64,000 nucleotides of DNA from assembly GCF_036971445.1 (NCBI RefSeq), contig NC_091478.1, positions 19,716,001 to 19,780,000 on the forward strand. The letters are read 5' to 3'. The stretch comes from Narcine bancroftii. Lineage: Eukaryota. Position numbers and translations under genes: made by a program. Positions 23,106-35,659 of the stretch are shown piece after piece. Below the pieces are notes generated by a model that was given only the letters and a program-made list of their open reading frames with translations, was not told where the DNA came from and did not search any database. How positions within the stretch are numbered: the first letter of the stretch is position 1; every line of letters starts with the position of its first letter.

Positions 23106-26100
23106 GCTTTCTAAAATGTAAGAACCCTAACATTTCACCTTCTAACTAACTCCATTCCCTGCTCATGTTCTAAAGTGAATTAAATCCAGAATAAAAACAG
23201 GGTATAAACTATAATGAGAGTAGAATAGGGAAATAAAAGCTCCAAATAAATGTTTCAAAATAAAAATAAATGGTAAACAGTCTGCAGAGGTCACCTTAAA
23301 GTTTCTAAAGCGATGCCTATAATTAACTGAACAGACTTGCTAAAAGAAAGACACCAGCCACATCAGATTATTTCCTTTTCCAGCAGAGGACCATTTGAGC
23401 TGTGTGTGCACATGCTGATATTATTAGGCAGAAGAAAGCTACTGCAGTGATCAGTCTAACTGGGCAGAATCATAAGAAGCATATTGAAATGATTCATCTT
23501 GGATATTTATCATGGATGTGCTTTTTGGAATTATTTAGTTCATTTCAACGCAAGCATTACATGTTTATGTTTTGTTTGCACTTAATCCTACTGATCTTCT
23601 TGCTCCTACCCACTTCCTGCTGCTCTGACCCTGAAGGACATTTACATGACTGCAGAATCAAACAATGGTGCAGAAGGCGTAATGCCCAATTTGTTGTGCT
23701 GAATGATTTGCCGTTCTCTGTATATTGTTAGTCACACCATCACATTGATAGGACAACCAGAGACCAGGTGCATCCATGCAGGAAAGGGGAAAAAAAACCA
23801 AAATAGAATCTAACTGGATCATTATTGCCTGATGCTGATTAGATTGGAGTATTGTTGGAGCAAATGCCTGGTCTACCCACTCAGGCAGAACTAAAAAGGG
23901 GGTGAAAATAAAAATATGTTTTTCGATGATGAATACTGCTGATGGTAAATGTTAGAGTGTTTTTTTCATTTTACATTTTTGAATTTCTGGCCCACAAGCC
24001 CGTGCTGCCAAAATATCTCATTTAACTTACAACCCCCATATGTTTTGAAAGGTGGGAGGAAACTGGAGCATCCAGACATGGGGAGAACATACAATTCCTT
24101 ACAGACAGCGCTGGATTTAAACCCAGGTTGCTTGCGCTGTAATAACGTGGCACTAACCTCTGCACTCACCAAGTCATTGGGTCTGTGCCTGAGAGTGATG
24201 CCAAAACAATGCTGAGCAGGGATAGCTGGAGATCGGTGTGTGCCAATCCTGCTCAGTGTTTAATAACTTGAAAGAATTAACTGATATCTCCCTTAAATAA
24301 TATCATAAACCCAAAATTGGAAACAGAATTTGTTAGACAGCATGCTTGACATTACGATCACTTGTTCTCTAATCAGGAGACATTTCAAATAAATAAATTC
24401 TGTCTCTGGTGAGAGAAACTTGTCTTTTATCCAACAAGACTTCAGATCCTCTAAGAAAGAAAGCCATAGCCAATGTTGAATTTTTACGACACGCACAAAA
24501 TGTAAAGTTGCTCAACTGTAAAATGAAATTAGAGTGACATCCAGAAAGAATGTGGTGTCAAAAAAAAAAATGAACCTCAGAAATTAGCACTCTTTTGTTC
24601 AGGGAACCTCCAAATATGTTTTGTTGCTTTGACTGGAGGTAGGGGTGGATGCTTTGTGCGTTCAGTTTTAAACGACAATTTGCCCTGAATTAACAAGAGA
24701 GGAAAATGTTCTATTTCCATTATCAGCAATACTTCAGAATATTTTTATTAGCCTCATGAGTTCTAGCTTGACCTCCCATTAAAGCCATGATTCTGATTCC
24801 AGATTCCCTTGTCTGAGCTGTGGGCCAGATTTGGAGTAACAATTAGGGAGTGCAAGCAAAAATGGAGGAAATAGCCTTGGCATTTTTATTGCCTTATGTT
24901 ATTATATTAAATATTAATATAATTGTGAACGAATCAAAGGCAAATAAATGTCTGCTGACATTACTTTAAATGTTAATGCCGTTATTGGTTTGTTCCACTG
25001 GAGTTAACTCGGTTATGATAATGGGACTCCACAACTGCCGGTCTGGAGGCACGAGTAACTAGATTATCAGTAAATGGATATGAATATTCATCTGATTGCA
25101 GCTTCCATTTCAGACACTTTGTCCAATTCCCTAGGTTTCCTTTGATATGATAGTTGTAGTGCAATCTTCTGTGAATCTTTTCAGTCTCTCAATTGTTCTC
25201 TAAGAGACTTTGAAAATCAAGACCTCAGACCTAGCAGAACCTTCAGCACTATTGATCACAAGTGGCCCCTGCCCTCTTGTATGCTTCCAAATACCACAGA
25301 GGTAACCATAGCAGTGCAAAATGCTCCAAAATCCACAGGTAGGATAAATAAACCAACACCAACATCCAGAAAAAAAAATGGTGGTGCTGGTGCAGACCCA
25401 TGGAGAGTGGGGAGCAGACACACAGCGCTCCCCTATGGGGTCCAACCACCCATCCGACTGATGTCAGCTCCACACAGGCTTTAAACTGCCTGTTAAAGGG
25501 GTTGACAATGGTCTATTTTAAAATCCTATGACTACAGGGTCTGGACCCAAGAGGGTGACGCATCTGTACAGCAGCAGCCACATGGATTTGTGGACTCCTG
25601 GGAAGCAAAAGACTGACACAGGGCACCAGAAAACAGGGAGACAAGCTTCCATTTGATGAGGAGAAGCAGAGGAGATGAGGTGACCACAGTGGTGGATCAG
25701 TGAGGGGCTTCGAGGCTGAAGAACACACAGGCAGCGGGTTGTTGATGACTGAAGATGAGGAACCTATGAAGGCTGCGGGCTGCTGGAGGCTGCAGTCAAG
25801 AGACTCGCACCAGGCTGCAGATTGCTGGAGAGCAGCTCAAGACTTGCTGAAGTACTGGGTATTGGAGCCGAGATGTGAGTTGCTGTAGACTTCCTGATCG
25901 TGTCAGAGGTCTGCACCTGGAGCTCAGGTTACCGATAGCTCTGACTGAAGGCTGTGTGGCTGCAGAGGCTGCGGCTGTGCTGAAGATTAACCCGTAGACA
26001 CTTGTTGACTCTGGGGGGTGGGGAAAATGACTCTCTTTTGCTTCTTTTTCTCTGGTTGTAAGGGGCATTCGGCAATTTCTGTTGATGGCAAATCTTTGTC

Positions 26101-26309
26101 TGTCTTATATTAGACTAAAAGAAATTTTGTGTAATTTCACATTTTCTGGCAATAAATTAATTTTGAATAAAAATAATCTTGAATCTCTCCCAGAAACAAT
26201 ATTCCCAGCAATGGGGTTCTATCTAGGCTCAGCCAATTCTGATGGTAAGGTTGCATTCTCTCCTTGCCCAGCATCAGTTTCCTGAAATACCAGCACTATT
26301 CAAAACCCC

Positions 26310-26620
26310 TTCAATCAAAAGATTGGCAAGAGGGAAAAGGATATTCTCAGTCTCCTTGAAAGACTATAATAACCTCTCTGATATGATGATCCCTGGTCTC
26401 TAGCCGCTCAAACTGGAGAAGAAGCAGCAGGAGTGGATTCAGAACCTTAAATCTCTCCATGAAGAAGCACAGAGAAGTGTAATGAAAATGGTGGATGAAA
26501 TGTTCTCCTTCCCACCTGCCCTACTGCTCAGTCAAGCACCTTCTGCCCCATCTGGGGCAGAAAATACAGATCCCACATTGACCTCATCAGCCACCTCAGA
26601 ACCCACAGAACTGGAGTGGA
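26310..26620 (+). mobile_element. Old RTE-like LINE 3' fragment
   Basis: ~26540-26610 reads CPIWGRKYRSHIDLISHLRTH, a degenerate RTE C-terminal zinc finger. Confidence 0.6.
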
Positions 26621-26689
26621 GATCCAGATAAAGGGACTGGTAGAAAATATACAGGGCAGTTTTGCACCAATAGGGCCTTTCATGAGAGA

Positions 26690-28700
26690 ACTTCACTTCC
26701 TGAGTTGCAGGGAAAGGTTAAACAGGTTAGGACTTTATTCACTGGAACAGAGAAGAATGAGGGGAGATTTGAGAGAGGTGCACAAAATTATGAGGGGCAG
26801 AGATAGAGTAAGTGCAAGTAGACTTTTCCCACTGATGATAGGTGAAATACAAACCAGAGGACATGGGTCAAGGGTGAAAAGGAAAAAGGAGAACATTAGG
26901 GGAACCTTCATACAGAGAGGAGTAGGAATGTGGAAATGAGCTGCCAGCTGAAGTAGAGAATGTGAGCACAGTTTTAACATTTACGAACATTTTGCACAGA
27001 TACATGAATGGGAGAGTTATGGAAGGCTATGGACTGTGCAAGTCGGTGGAACTGGGCAGAATAATGGTTTGCCATGGACTAAAAGGGGTGAAGGGCCAAA
27101 TTTTGATGTTCTATGGTTCTCTGCTGTTTACAATGTTGTAATCTAAATAAATCAATGATTGAAGATTGATCCGTCATTGATTTCATGCATTATGATTTAA
27201 TTTCCAGTTGAAGCTTTGATTATGAATCAAGATGCTCTAAAATTTAGCCCTAGTGGTCTCTGGGTGTGATATTAATTGGGATTGGTTATTACTATCAATC
27301 ATCAGAAAAGTGCTAAAAAGAGTGTTATCGAGAAAGACTTACCAAAAACCGGCTCAATGTTACCGACAGGGTTTCATCTGGATCACTATACCCAGAACTT
27401 ATGACAGGCTTGGTCCAAAATAGACCATAATTTGGAATAGCAGAGATGAGCTGAGGATGATGGCACTTGACATAAATGCAGCAAATTACTGAAGTCAAAG
27501 ACCATCAAGTGGAAAACATTCCATTGGTTGGAGTCATGGTCTCCACAAAACAAGATGGTTGTGGTTGTTAGAGGCAAATTCATCCGTCTCAGGACATCGG
27601 GGTTGGGTTTAGAACCAACCATCTTCATTTGCTTCATCAATGACCTTCCTTCCATCATAAGGTCAGATGGATGCTTTATGACTGCATAATGTGCAATTTC
27701 ATGTGCAACTCCTCAGCAAATGAAGCAGTCAAGCAAGACCTAAACAGCATTCAGGAATACGATGATAAATGTCAGACAATGACCATCTCCAGCATGAGAG
27801 AGCCTATATTTATCCATGATGCTTATTAGTGTACCATTTCCAATTACTCCACCAGATGAATGAGGCGGGGTGGGGGGCTTACAGAAACATGTAAAATTAA
27901 TAAAGGGTTAGATAAGATGGAGGCAGGAAAGTGAGATTAGAACCAGGAACATAGATTCAAGATGTGGGGGAGTAGATTTAGGATGGAAACGAGGAGTAAC
28001 TGCTTTTACCAGACAGTAGTTAATTATCTGCCCAATAAAGAAGTAAAGGCTGCCTCATGACAATAGAGCTGGATAGATTTTTGCGTAATACGGGAATTAA
28101 GGTTATAATGAACAGATAGGCAGTTGGAGCTGAGTCCGTGGCCAAATCAGCCATGGAGCAGTAGGCTTAGTGGGCTAGATGACCAACTACTGCTCCTATT
28201 TCTTATGTTCTTATTATGTCATCAATATCCTAGTTGTATTGACCAAAAGCTCAATTGGACCAACCACAAGCACTGTAGCTTCAAGAGGTTGAACATTGGA
28301 TACAATGTGACAAAATGCTCACCTCCTGACACCTCAGGACCTTTCCATCATGCATGAAGCATAAGTCAGGAGGAGGATGAAATGAGTTCAGCTCCAACAC
28401 ACTTAAGAACCCTAAACACCAACCAGGTCAAATCCACCATGTGAAGCATCTTTCCCTCTCTCACTGGTGCACAATACCCACAATAAGCACCACCTACGAA
28501 CTTCACCACAGTTCCTTGCCTAGACCACTTCCAAAGCAGAATTACTACCACCAAGAGGGAGAGGGACAGTGAGTCCATGTGAAAACTACCACTCTCTGTA
28601 TCTTTGAGTCTAAATCCTGGAACTCCCTTCTCAACAGAGTAGCTTTACCTGAGGGTTGTGGTGATTCACCAAAGGGGGTACTCAATCCCTCCTTCTCAGT
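26690..28700 (+). mobile_element. Cluster of CR1-like LINE fragments
   Basis: LSCRERLNRLGLYSLEQRRMRGDLREVHKIMRG...TRGH (CR1 RT C-terminus) with tail TTCTATGGTTCT; further CR1 RT and 3' pieces at 27330-27830, 27880-28215 and 28215-28700. Confidence 0.75.
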
Positions 28701-28755
28701 TAAGGGTGGGGAATCAACAGCAACACTGCCCAGATGCCAGAAAAATAACTATATA

Positions 28756-28939
28756 CAGTTAAACCCTTGGTATCCAGCACCTATGGATATTGGTAGATGC
28801 CAGATAAGTATATTTTCCAGTTGCTTGAGAATGTGTTGCATGATTAGCAAACTAATGGCACACCAACTTCTTTACCTATTTATTTTCCTTGATTTTTTTT
28901 GCCAGTTGCTTGAATTTTGCATAACAGGGTGTTTTACTG
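28756..28939. mobile_element. Tc1/mariner (Tigger-like) MITE
   Basis: TA|CAGTTAAACCC...GGGTGTTTTACTG|TA: imperfect TIRs with a TA duplication. Confidence 0.7.
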
Positions 28940-29447
28940 TATATCGAAAAAAAATGAATTACTTCACAATTATTCTTGAAAATTTGGGGTCTGCTTTAAA
29001 GCTAATTATTTGCTAATTCAGATCAACTTTTTTGTTTAAACTTCCCCTGTCACCTCCAGTTCAAGTGATGTAATATTGAACTTATAGGAATGTATCCTGT
29101 TATGCAAAACAGAAGCAAAATAGGGAAGACAAATTAAGTAGAAAACCCATAAAATAAAACCTGCAGGAAACAGGAACTGAGTTAAAATGTAAAAAAAACC
29201 TTGCCACATTTACTCATTCACTTGGTTTTTGATTCAAGAACCACTAGCTTTAGTGAAATATACTTTTATAGGTGCCTAATTATGGTGGGATGATGCCATT
29301 GCTGTGATGACAATTCCCCCCACAGTGGCTTTCTCATAAAACAGCAATGTCTTGATGCTGTTTCCTGTTTTGTGGCAGTCTTCAAAGGAAAAGTTAGAGT
29401 GTTTCGGGGGGTGGGGAAATCAATGTTTTTTCTTCAGTCTTACACAC

Positions 29448-29608
29448 CTGATCATAGGCTGGTCTGCAATTGCCACAGGGCTGTTCGGGTTGGTTTGTAC
29501 GGCTCACATCATCAGCGTCTTTAACCTCATGCAGACCAGTGAAGTTCAAGGCTGGCTTTAGTTCAATGCAACACTCGGGATACAGGGAGTGGAAGTCTTC
29601 ATATCCCC
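29448..29608 (-). CDS. DUSP5: DUSP5 exon 2 (end of rhodanese/CH2 domain and linker, 161 nt)
   Basis: Acceptor ttgtttgcAG|GG GGA TAT; (G)GYEDFHSLYPECC...RPAYDQ matches DUSP5 GGYETFYSEYPECC...RPAYDQ; donor CAG|GTGTGT (phase 0). Confidence 0.95.
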
Positions 29609-30259
29609 CTGCAAACAAGATCAAAGGAAAACTCATCTTTAAATTTTAAATCTTTGCTTCTCACCTTTGAAAGCCTGTGTAGGTTCTATTTTGCATTCAT
29701 ATATTTTCTCTTGTTAAAGGCTTACCATACATGTAAGGGGCATGGTAAATTCCATAAAATGTACTGTGGAATAGGAGAAAGCCTTTATATCACTCTAGCT
29801 GCACATGGTATTACAAAGAAGACTGCAAATGAATGAATCCACAGAAAACTGGGTGCAAATTCCAACATCAGATCTCAGTGAAATGGAAAAAGGCAGCTAA
29901 CTGAGGTATTAGCAAAGTAATGTCATTACTGTTCTCAGCATTAGTCTAATTAAATAAAACTGCTTTCATTTTTGTAGAGTCACAGCTGCAAATACAAATC
30001 TGAACTTCACCTGATAGAACACACTAATACAATAGTGCTGTCAGCAGAAGCATTTGGTGCCAAATAGAACAATTAGCTGAAAGAGGTAAACAAACCATGT
30101 TAGTTTATAAGAAAATAGAGATTTTTTAAAAAACTTCAGTGAAGGAAGAAATTGTTGATAGAGTAGTAACTCATTTAAAAGAGACTCCAATGTCTTACAA
30201 TGAGAAAGTATTTAATAAACTTCAAGCCATCTACATTAACATCTCAATGGAGTTAAAGT

Positions 30260-30410
30260 GAACAGTCTGCAGATACAGTGATTGTAGTGTAATAGACAAA
30301 AGTGCTGGAGGAACTCGGCAGGTCACGTAGCTTGATGAAGGGCTCAGTCCCAAAATATTGGTTATCCTTTGCTTCCTATAGATACTGCATGATCTCTTGA
30401 GTTTTGTATA
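30260..30410. mobile_element. Short quasi-palindromic Penelope-terminus-derived element
   Basis: GTCTGCAGA..GATTGTAGT..TGCTGGAGGAACTC arm, central hammerhead-like TTGATGAAGGGCTCAGTCCCAAAAT and a degenerate reverse arm. Confidence 0.6.
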
Positions 30411-30627
30411 ACACAAATATCTCTGTAGGTTCCACTAGTGACTATCTTAACTGATGGAAAAGTTTGGTTTTCATTGTGTGTGTAAAACAAAGTTCTGGGA
30501 AAGATTTGTATTTGTCTAATTTTTATCTCCATGTTTTGTTTTAATTTATTTCCAAATAATATTGCATCAATTTGCAGAAATATTTGATGTCAGTCCAATA
30601 TTCTGACAAGTAATTCTGACCATTGAC

Positions 30628-31754
30628 TTCTTTCTTCTTTTCTTTGGCTTGGCTTCGCGGACGAAGATTAATGGAGGGGTAATGTCCTCGTCAGCTGCAG
30701 GCTCGTTTGTGGCTGACAAGTCCGATGTGGGACAGGCAGACACGGTTGCAGCGGTTGCAAGGGAAAATTGGTTGGTTGGGTGTTGGGTTTTTCCTCCTTT
30801 GTCTTTTGTCAGTGAGGTGGGCTCTGCAGTCTTCTTCAAAGGAGGTTGCTGCCCGCCGAACTGTGAGGCGCCAAGATGCCCAGTTTGAGGCGATATCAAC
30901 CCACTGGCGGTGGTCAATGTGGCACCAAGAGATTTCTTTAGGCAGTCCTTGTACCTCTTCTTTGGTGCACCTCTGTCTCGGTGGCCAGTGGAGAGCTCAC
31001 CATATAACACGATCTTGGGAAGGCGATGGTCCTCCATTCTGGAGATGTGACCTACCCAGCGCAGTTTGATCTTCAGCAGCGTTGATTCGATGCTGTCGAC
31101 CTCTGCCATCTCGAGTACTTCGATGTTGGAGATGAATTTGCTCCAATGAATGTTGAGGATGGAGCTGAGACAACGCTGGTGGAAGCGTTCTAGGAGCCGT
31201 AGGTGATGCCTGTAGAGGACCCATGATTCGGAGCCGAACAGGAGTGTGGGTATGACAACGACTCTGTATACGCTAATCTTTGTGAAGTTTTTCAGTTGGT
31301 TGTTTTTCCAGATTCTTTTGTGTAGTCTTCCAAAGGCGCTATTTGCCTTGGCGAGTCTGTTGTCTATCTCTTTGTCGATCCTTGCATCTGATGAAATGGT
31401 GCAGCTGAGATAGGTAAACTGGTTGACCGTTTTGAGTTTTGTGTGCCCGATGGAGATGTGGGGGGGGGGGGGCTGGTAGTCATGGTGGGGAGCTGGCTGA
31501 TGGAGGACCTCAGTTTTCTTCAGGCTGACTTCCAGGCCAAACATTTTGGCAGTTTCCGCAAAACAGGATGTCAAGCGCTGAAGAGCTGGCTCTGAATGGG
31601 CAACTAAAGCGGCATCGTCTGCAAAGAGTAGTTCACGGACAAGTTGCTCTTGTGTCTTGCAGGCGCCTCAGATTGAAGAGACTGCCATCCGTCCAGTACC
31701 GGATGTAAACAGCATCTTCATTGTTGAGGTCTTTCATGGCTTGTTTCAGCATCA
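30628..31754 (-). mobile_element. RTE-clade LINE, 5'-truncated, in DUSP5 intron 1
   Basis: ELLFADD RT motif at ~31610-31635 and ORF 30567-31574 (FTYL..ISSD, RLAKANSAFGRL, RWVGH); nearly identical to 40557-41572; small deletions shift the frame near the C-terminus. Confidence 0.93.
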
Positions 31755-33426
31755 CGACTGGAAAACAAAATATCTATATTTACCTCATAAAAGGCTCCAA
31801 ATTACTCCCTTGAATCTGCAAAATATTCAACTTCACTATTGATATGGTAATTGAGGGAATGAAACCCATCTGACTTTCCTTTCCACTGACTCGAGTTAAA
31901 AAAAAATTACACTTCACCTCCATATATAATGATGTCTTGCAGTGGTGGCAGACAGCACTTGTCTCACTCTGCTGGTGTCATACCTTTCCAGATCCAAATA
32001 TTAAACTTGGAAACAGGTTTGCAAAGTACTTGTTCAATTGAAGCAAGTAACAATGTTGGTGCATATACAATAAATATGGCAATAAACTCGTTATTATTAC
32101 CAAGCTACTATTTCCATTCACTTATCACCACACCATTCAAATCATATCTGATCCTTAAGCTATTTTTCCTTCTTGAATCCAATCCAATCCAATCATATCA
32201 CCATTGTACTGCATAGCACACAAGCTTGGACCAACTGGTATTTTCACTAATGGAGCTCATGAGACTTTTTTTTTCCATTGATATTAGTTTAAAAAGCACT
32301 TCACTCATGGGTTATAATTACTTCCTATTATGCTGCAAAATATATTTGATCAAATCTTAAAATGAAAATTTCTTAACTGTATCTTGGCAAAGGTGCATTT
32401 GTGGGTTTCTATGAGCCAGAGAAATTTTGTTACAACCATAAGTTTGTGGGTCAGATATCCTTCAAATCAATATTTTTGGATGCTTCCTTGCTAAAGTAAT
32501 GCTGAACAGCTCTCTTTCTAGGTCCTGCATTGGCCCCCAACCCCATTGACCCCCAAGAAACCAAAATAGGGAGGCAAGAGTACTGGAAGCGCATAGAGAG
32601 AAATGTCAGCATGAGAACGAGAATGATGCCCTGGGCGTGACAATCCCATGAGTGGGGTTGTCTTTGGGCGTCACACCTGAAACATTGATCCAGGCTTGTG
32701 ACGAATTTACACCGAATGTCCTGCATTTCCTAAGCTTTCTTCCATACAAGCGCCCACACGAACACATGACGAGCCGGTGTTCCGATTCATAAAAGGGTCA
32801 ATTTTATATCGTTTTCCTTCCTGCTACATGCGGCGGACTCGAGTAGCGTGTTCCATTGAATGCCCCAAACCTCCTGCGAAGATTACCATATACCACTGAA
32901 TGAACGCTTATCTGATATACACCACCTCGGCTGTTGAAATAACCCTGAGAAACTCTTTGACCAATTCGTTGGTCAAAACGATGGAATTTTTAATGTTGGA
33001 AAGCGTTTCAGATTTCATACATGACATCACATACAACCGTGAGATTCTTTATTCTTTATTCCTGCGGGTGCGGCAGAATTACCATGAATTGGTCGTGCAA
33101 AAAAAAACTGCACCGCGTCAACATTGCGCGTTAATTTTGATTAAAAAAGCAATAGTCGATCAATAGCTTTTACAAATTTCCGGGGAGTTTTCGCGGTAAT
33201 ATTGAGGTCTGTTAGAAATGCAATCGTTGAACAGGTTATCCACTACTTCGTTCCAAGAACGTGCAGTTCAAGAATGCAAGCAATGCCTAAGTCAACCTTC
33301 TGTCTCTTAGAAATTTGGGAAGAGGAAACGATTGGACTTGAATAAATTCTACCAGCATCAATCCTCCCCCCGTTTTTTTCCCCATAGAAGATTGAAGATG
33401 TGAATGGTTGACACCCCCGTTCTCAC

Positions 33427-33790
33427 CTTTGAGGAAATAGATTTTGGCCGTTGATATGATAGCGGTTAACGTGTTTAAGACGATGTGTGCCGAGCTATCT
33501 TTGCGGAGTCGAGGCGGCTGCGAAGTTCTTTCGTCCACTATCACCACTGTAGACACCCTGCCTTCTCGTAGGCGAGATCTGGCTTTCTCGTCCGGGATGA
33601 TGAACTGCAGAGGGATCGGGCCACCTCTCGACCTCCGCACCACCACTGAATTCAAGTTCACGCTGTGCGAGCCGTGAACGTGAGATGCGGCGAAGGACAG
33701 GAACGGTCTACAGTCCAAGATCAGGTTTCTCCCTCTTTGTTGGCGAATGAATTTTTTTAAGCGCTGGCTGTCGATCGCTGAAACTGACAT
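33427..33790 (-). CDS. DUSP5: DUSP5 exon 1 (rhodanese/MAPK-binding domain with KIM)
   Basis: MSVSAIDSQRLKKFIR...LDCRPFLSFAASHVHGSHSVNLNSVVVRRSRGG...IYFLKG aligns with DUSP5 (LDCRPYLAFAASNVRGSLNVNLNSVVLRRARGG...VYFLKG); donor AAAG|GTGAGA (phase 1). Spliced CDS 364+161+220+395 = 1140 nt, 379 aa. Confidence 0.96.
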
Positions 33791-33924
33791 AATTAAACTT
33801 TTCCCTTCAAGTTCAGGTCCTTAAGGACGAGGGTGGGTTTGTAGAGGCCGGAGAAGAGTCGCCTGCTATGCCTGGCTTTGCATTGTTACCAATCAAGGTT
33901 CTGGGAAGGGTGATTTCCTCCTGG

Positions 33925-34060
33925 TGACCTTTATAAGTGGGGAACTGCCGGTGCGACGTAGATGCCCATATATGGGACGTGATGTCATGTGGAATCCATA
34001 TACGGAACAAAACGTCGCCAGATTCCCATGTTTGGATCCAAGGTTGACGCCTACCAACCT
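33925..34060 (-). promoter_or_regulatory. DUSP5 proximal promoter: TATA box, CArG boxes, CRE-like sites
   Basis: TATAAA (minus) at 33930-33935, ~140 nt upstream of the ATG; perfect CArG CCATATATGG at 33966-33975; one-mismatch CArG at 33996-34005 and 34026-34035; TGATGTCA at 33980-33987; lies within a CpG-rich region (~32600-34480). Confidence 0.8.
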
Positions 34061-34539
34061 CCTCCGCGTTGCTCAAGGGTTCGGGGGAAGGAAGGCAGGA
34101 GGAGGTGGTGTCGTTACTCACTGGAAATTAGTCAAGGCGAAACGATCCTGTTTCTTGAAAATGTGAAAGAATGCGTGTGGATGTGTTCGCATCAGAGTCG
34201 GCTCATCTACAGTGTCAACACTGTCATTCCCTTGAGGTGCATCACCGCTCTTGGTGTTGGCACCTTTCGGACTGACCAAAGTGCGTTGGGGACCATCGAT
34301 CTCCTCGTGTCCATCTGCAAAACAGGGATAACCCGCTGGAAGGACTCTGCGGGCCGGCCAGCTTGCACGGAAAGCAATGCGGAGAGTCCACGCTGCCCGA
34401 CCCGCTAGCGATGGCTCCAGTTTTGCAGACCTGCATTCTCTGACGTTTACGTTGGAAATATGGATAGGTAGCAAAAGGCCCAGGTCCAGGAGGAATAACA
34501 AACACCTAAAAAGACTAGGATGCGCACCGTTATACAAGA

Positions 34540-35065
34540 AAGTCTGCAATCTGTGATGGTAATGCAATAGACAAAAGCGCTGGAGAAACTCAGCCGGTCC
34601 ATTGGAAGTCAAGGGTAACCAACGTTGAGGGTGAAACACGAGAGTCCGCAGATGCTGTGATTGTAGTAATATGCTGGAGGATCTCAGCCGGTCTTTTCAG
34701 CGCCCATAAGAAGCAAAGATATATCGCAGACACTGCAATGTCTTTTCTTTTTTTATGCGCGCTGAAAAGACCGGCTGAGAACCTCCAGCAATTTCGGTGT
34801 GTTTTTATTTAAACAAGGACCTGAGACGAAGGTTTGAGCAAAAAAAAAGCAGGCAGGCACCTGAATAAAAGGTTGGGAAAATGGAGGGAGGGGGCAAGGG
34901 GCAGGAATCCGGGGTCGCAGGTCGGAGATGATCTGAGGGTGGGGGGGGGGGGGAAGATGTGGTGATAGCGGGCGGGGGCAGCTCTCTGAATGAAGAGGGA
35001 AGGGAAGGGGGTTGGGAGGGACAGAGAAAGATTCAGGGGAGGGATTTAACCGAATATTGAGGTCT
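34540..35065. mobile_element. Cluster of Penelope-like terminal repeat fragments upstream of DUSP5
   Basis: Repeated GTC(T/C)GCA..GTGAT(T/G)GTA..GCTGGAG(A/G)A(A/T)CTCAGCCGGTC motif in both orientations. Confidence 0.65.
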
Positions 35066-35659
35066 GTGAAAGTGGATTGAGAAATTTTAGCATGGATTAT
35101 TGTAAAGGAGATCCTGTTTGCCTCCCGATGACTGTGAAGTTTCTAAATTAAGTCAAGGTGATGTATTTAAAAACTTGCAACTTTTTTTAATAAGATCCCA
35201 GATAAAAGGTCAGTCATTTTTCTTTCCCAACTCCTCTTGCCAGTCAGGAGATTGAAACCTCCAGCTTCAAGGATGGGTTCTTTCTCGCCTTTATCAGACT
35301 CTTGAATGGGCCTCCTTTACATAAACTCTGATGCATTGCATTGTTTAACTGATCATTTACCTTCAGCACTACTCCCTCCACTTTTATTTTTGCTCTTATA
35401 GTTGTATCATTTAAAATGATGCTGCCTTGGCTCTGTACCAACTCATCTCTCACTGCAACTTTGCACTTCTGTACTGTGCTTTACTTGCTGTACTATGCAT
35501 GGCATGACTCACTAGGCTGTGCAGACAGCAAACTCTTTCAATGCTTCGCAGTTCATGTGACAATAAACGTGAACTAAGGTTGATGGATGTGATTATGACT
35601 TGCCTAGAGAGCATGTAAAATTAAGCTTTTCACTGCATCTTAATTCAAGTGGCAATAAA

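Noticed and set aside
33287-33426. Extension of the exon-1 ORF (ENGGVNHS...) as a short DUSP5 isoform
   Set aside because: Read-through past a strong GTGAGA donor at the conserved intron position; no homology beyond FLKG.
33813-34639. ORFs of 80-173 aa upstream of DUSP5 as a divergent or upstream gene
   Set aside because: No recognisable domain; they overlap the promoter and Penelope fragments.
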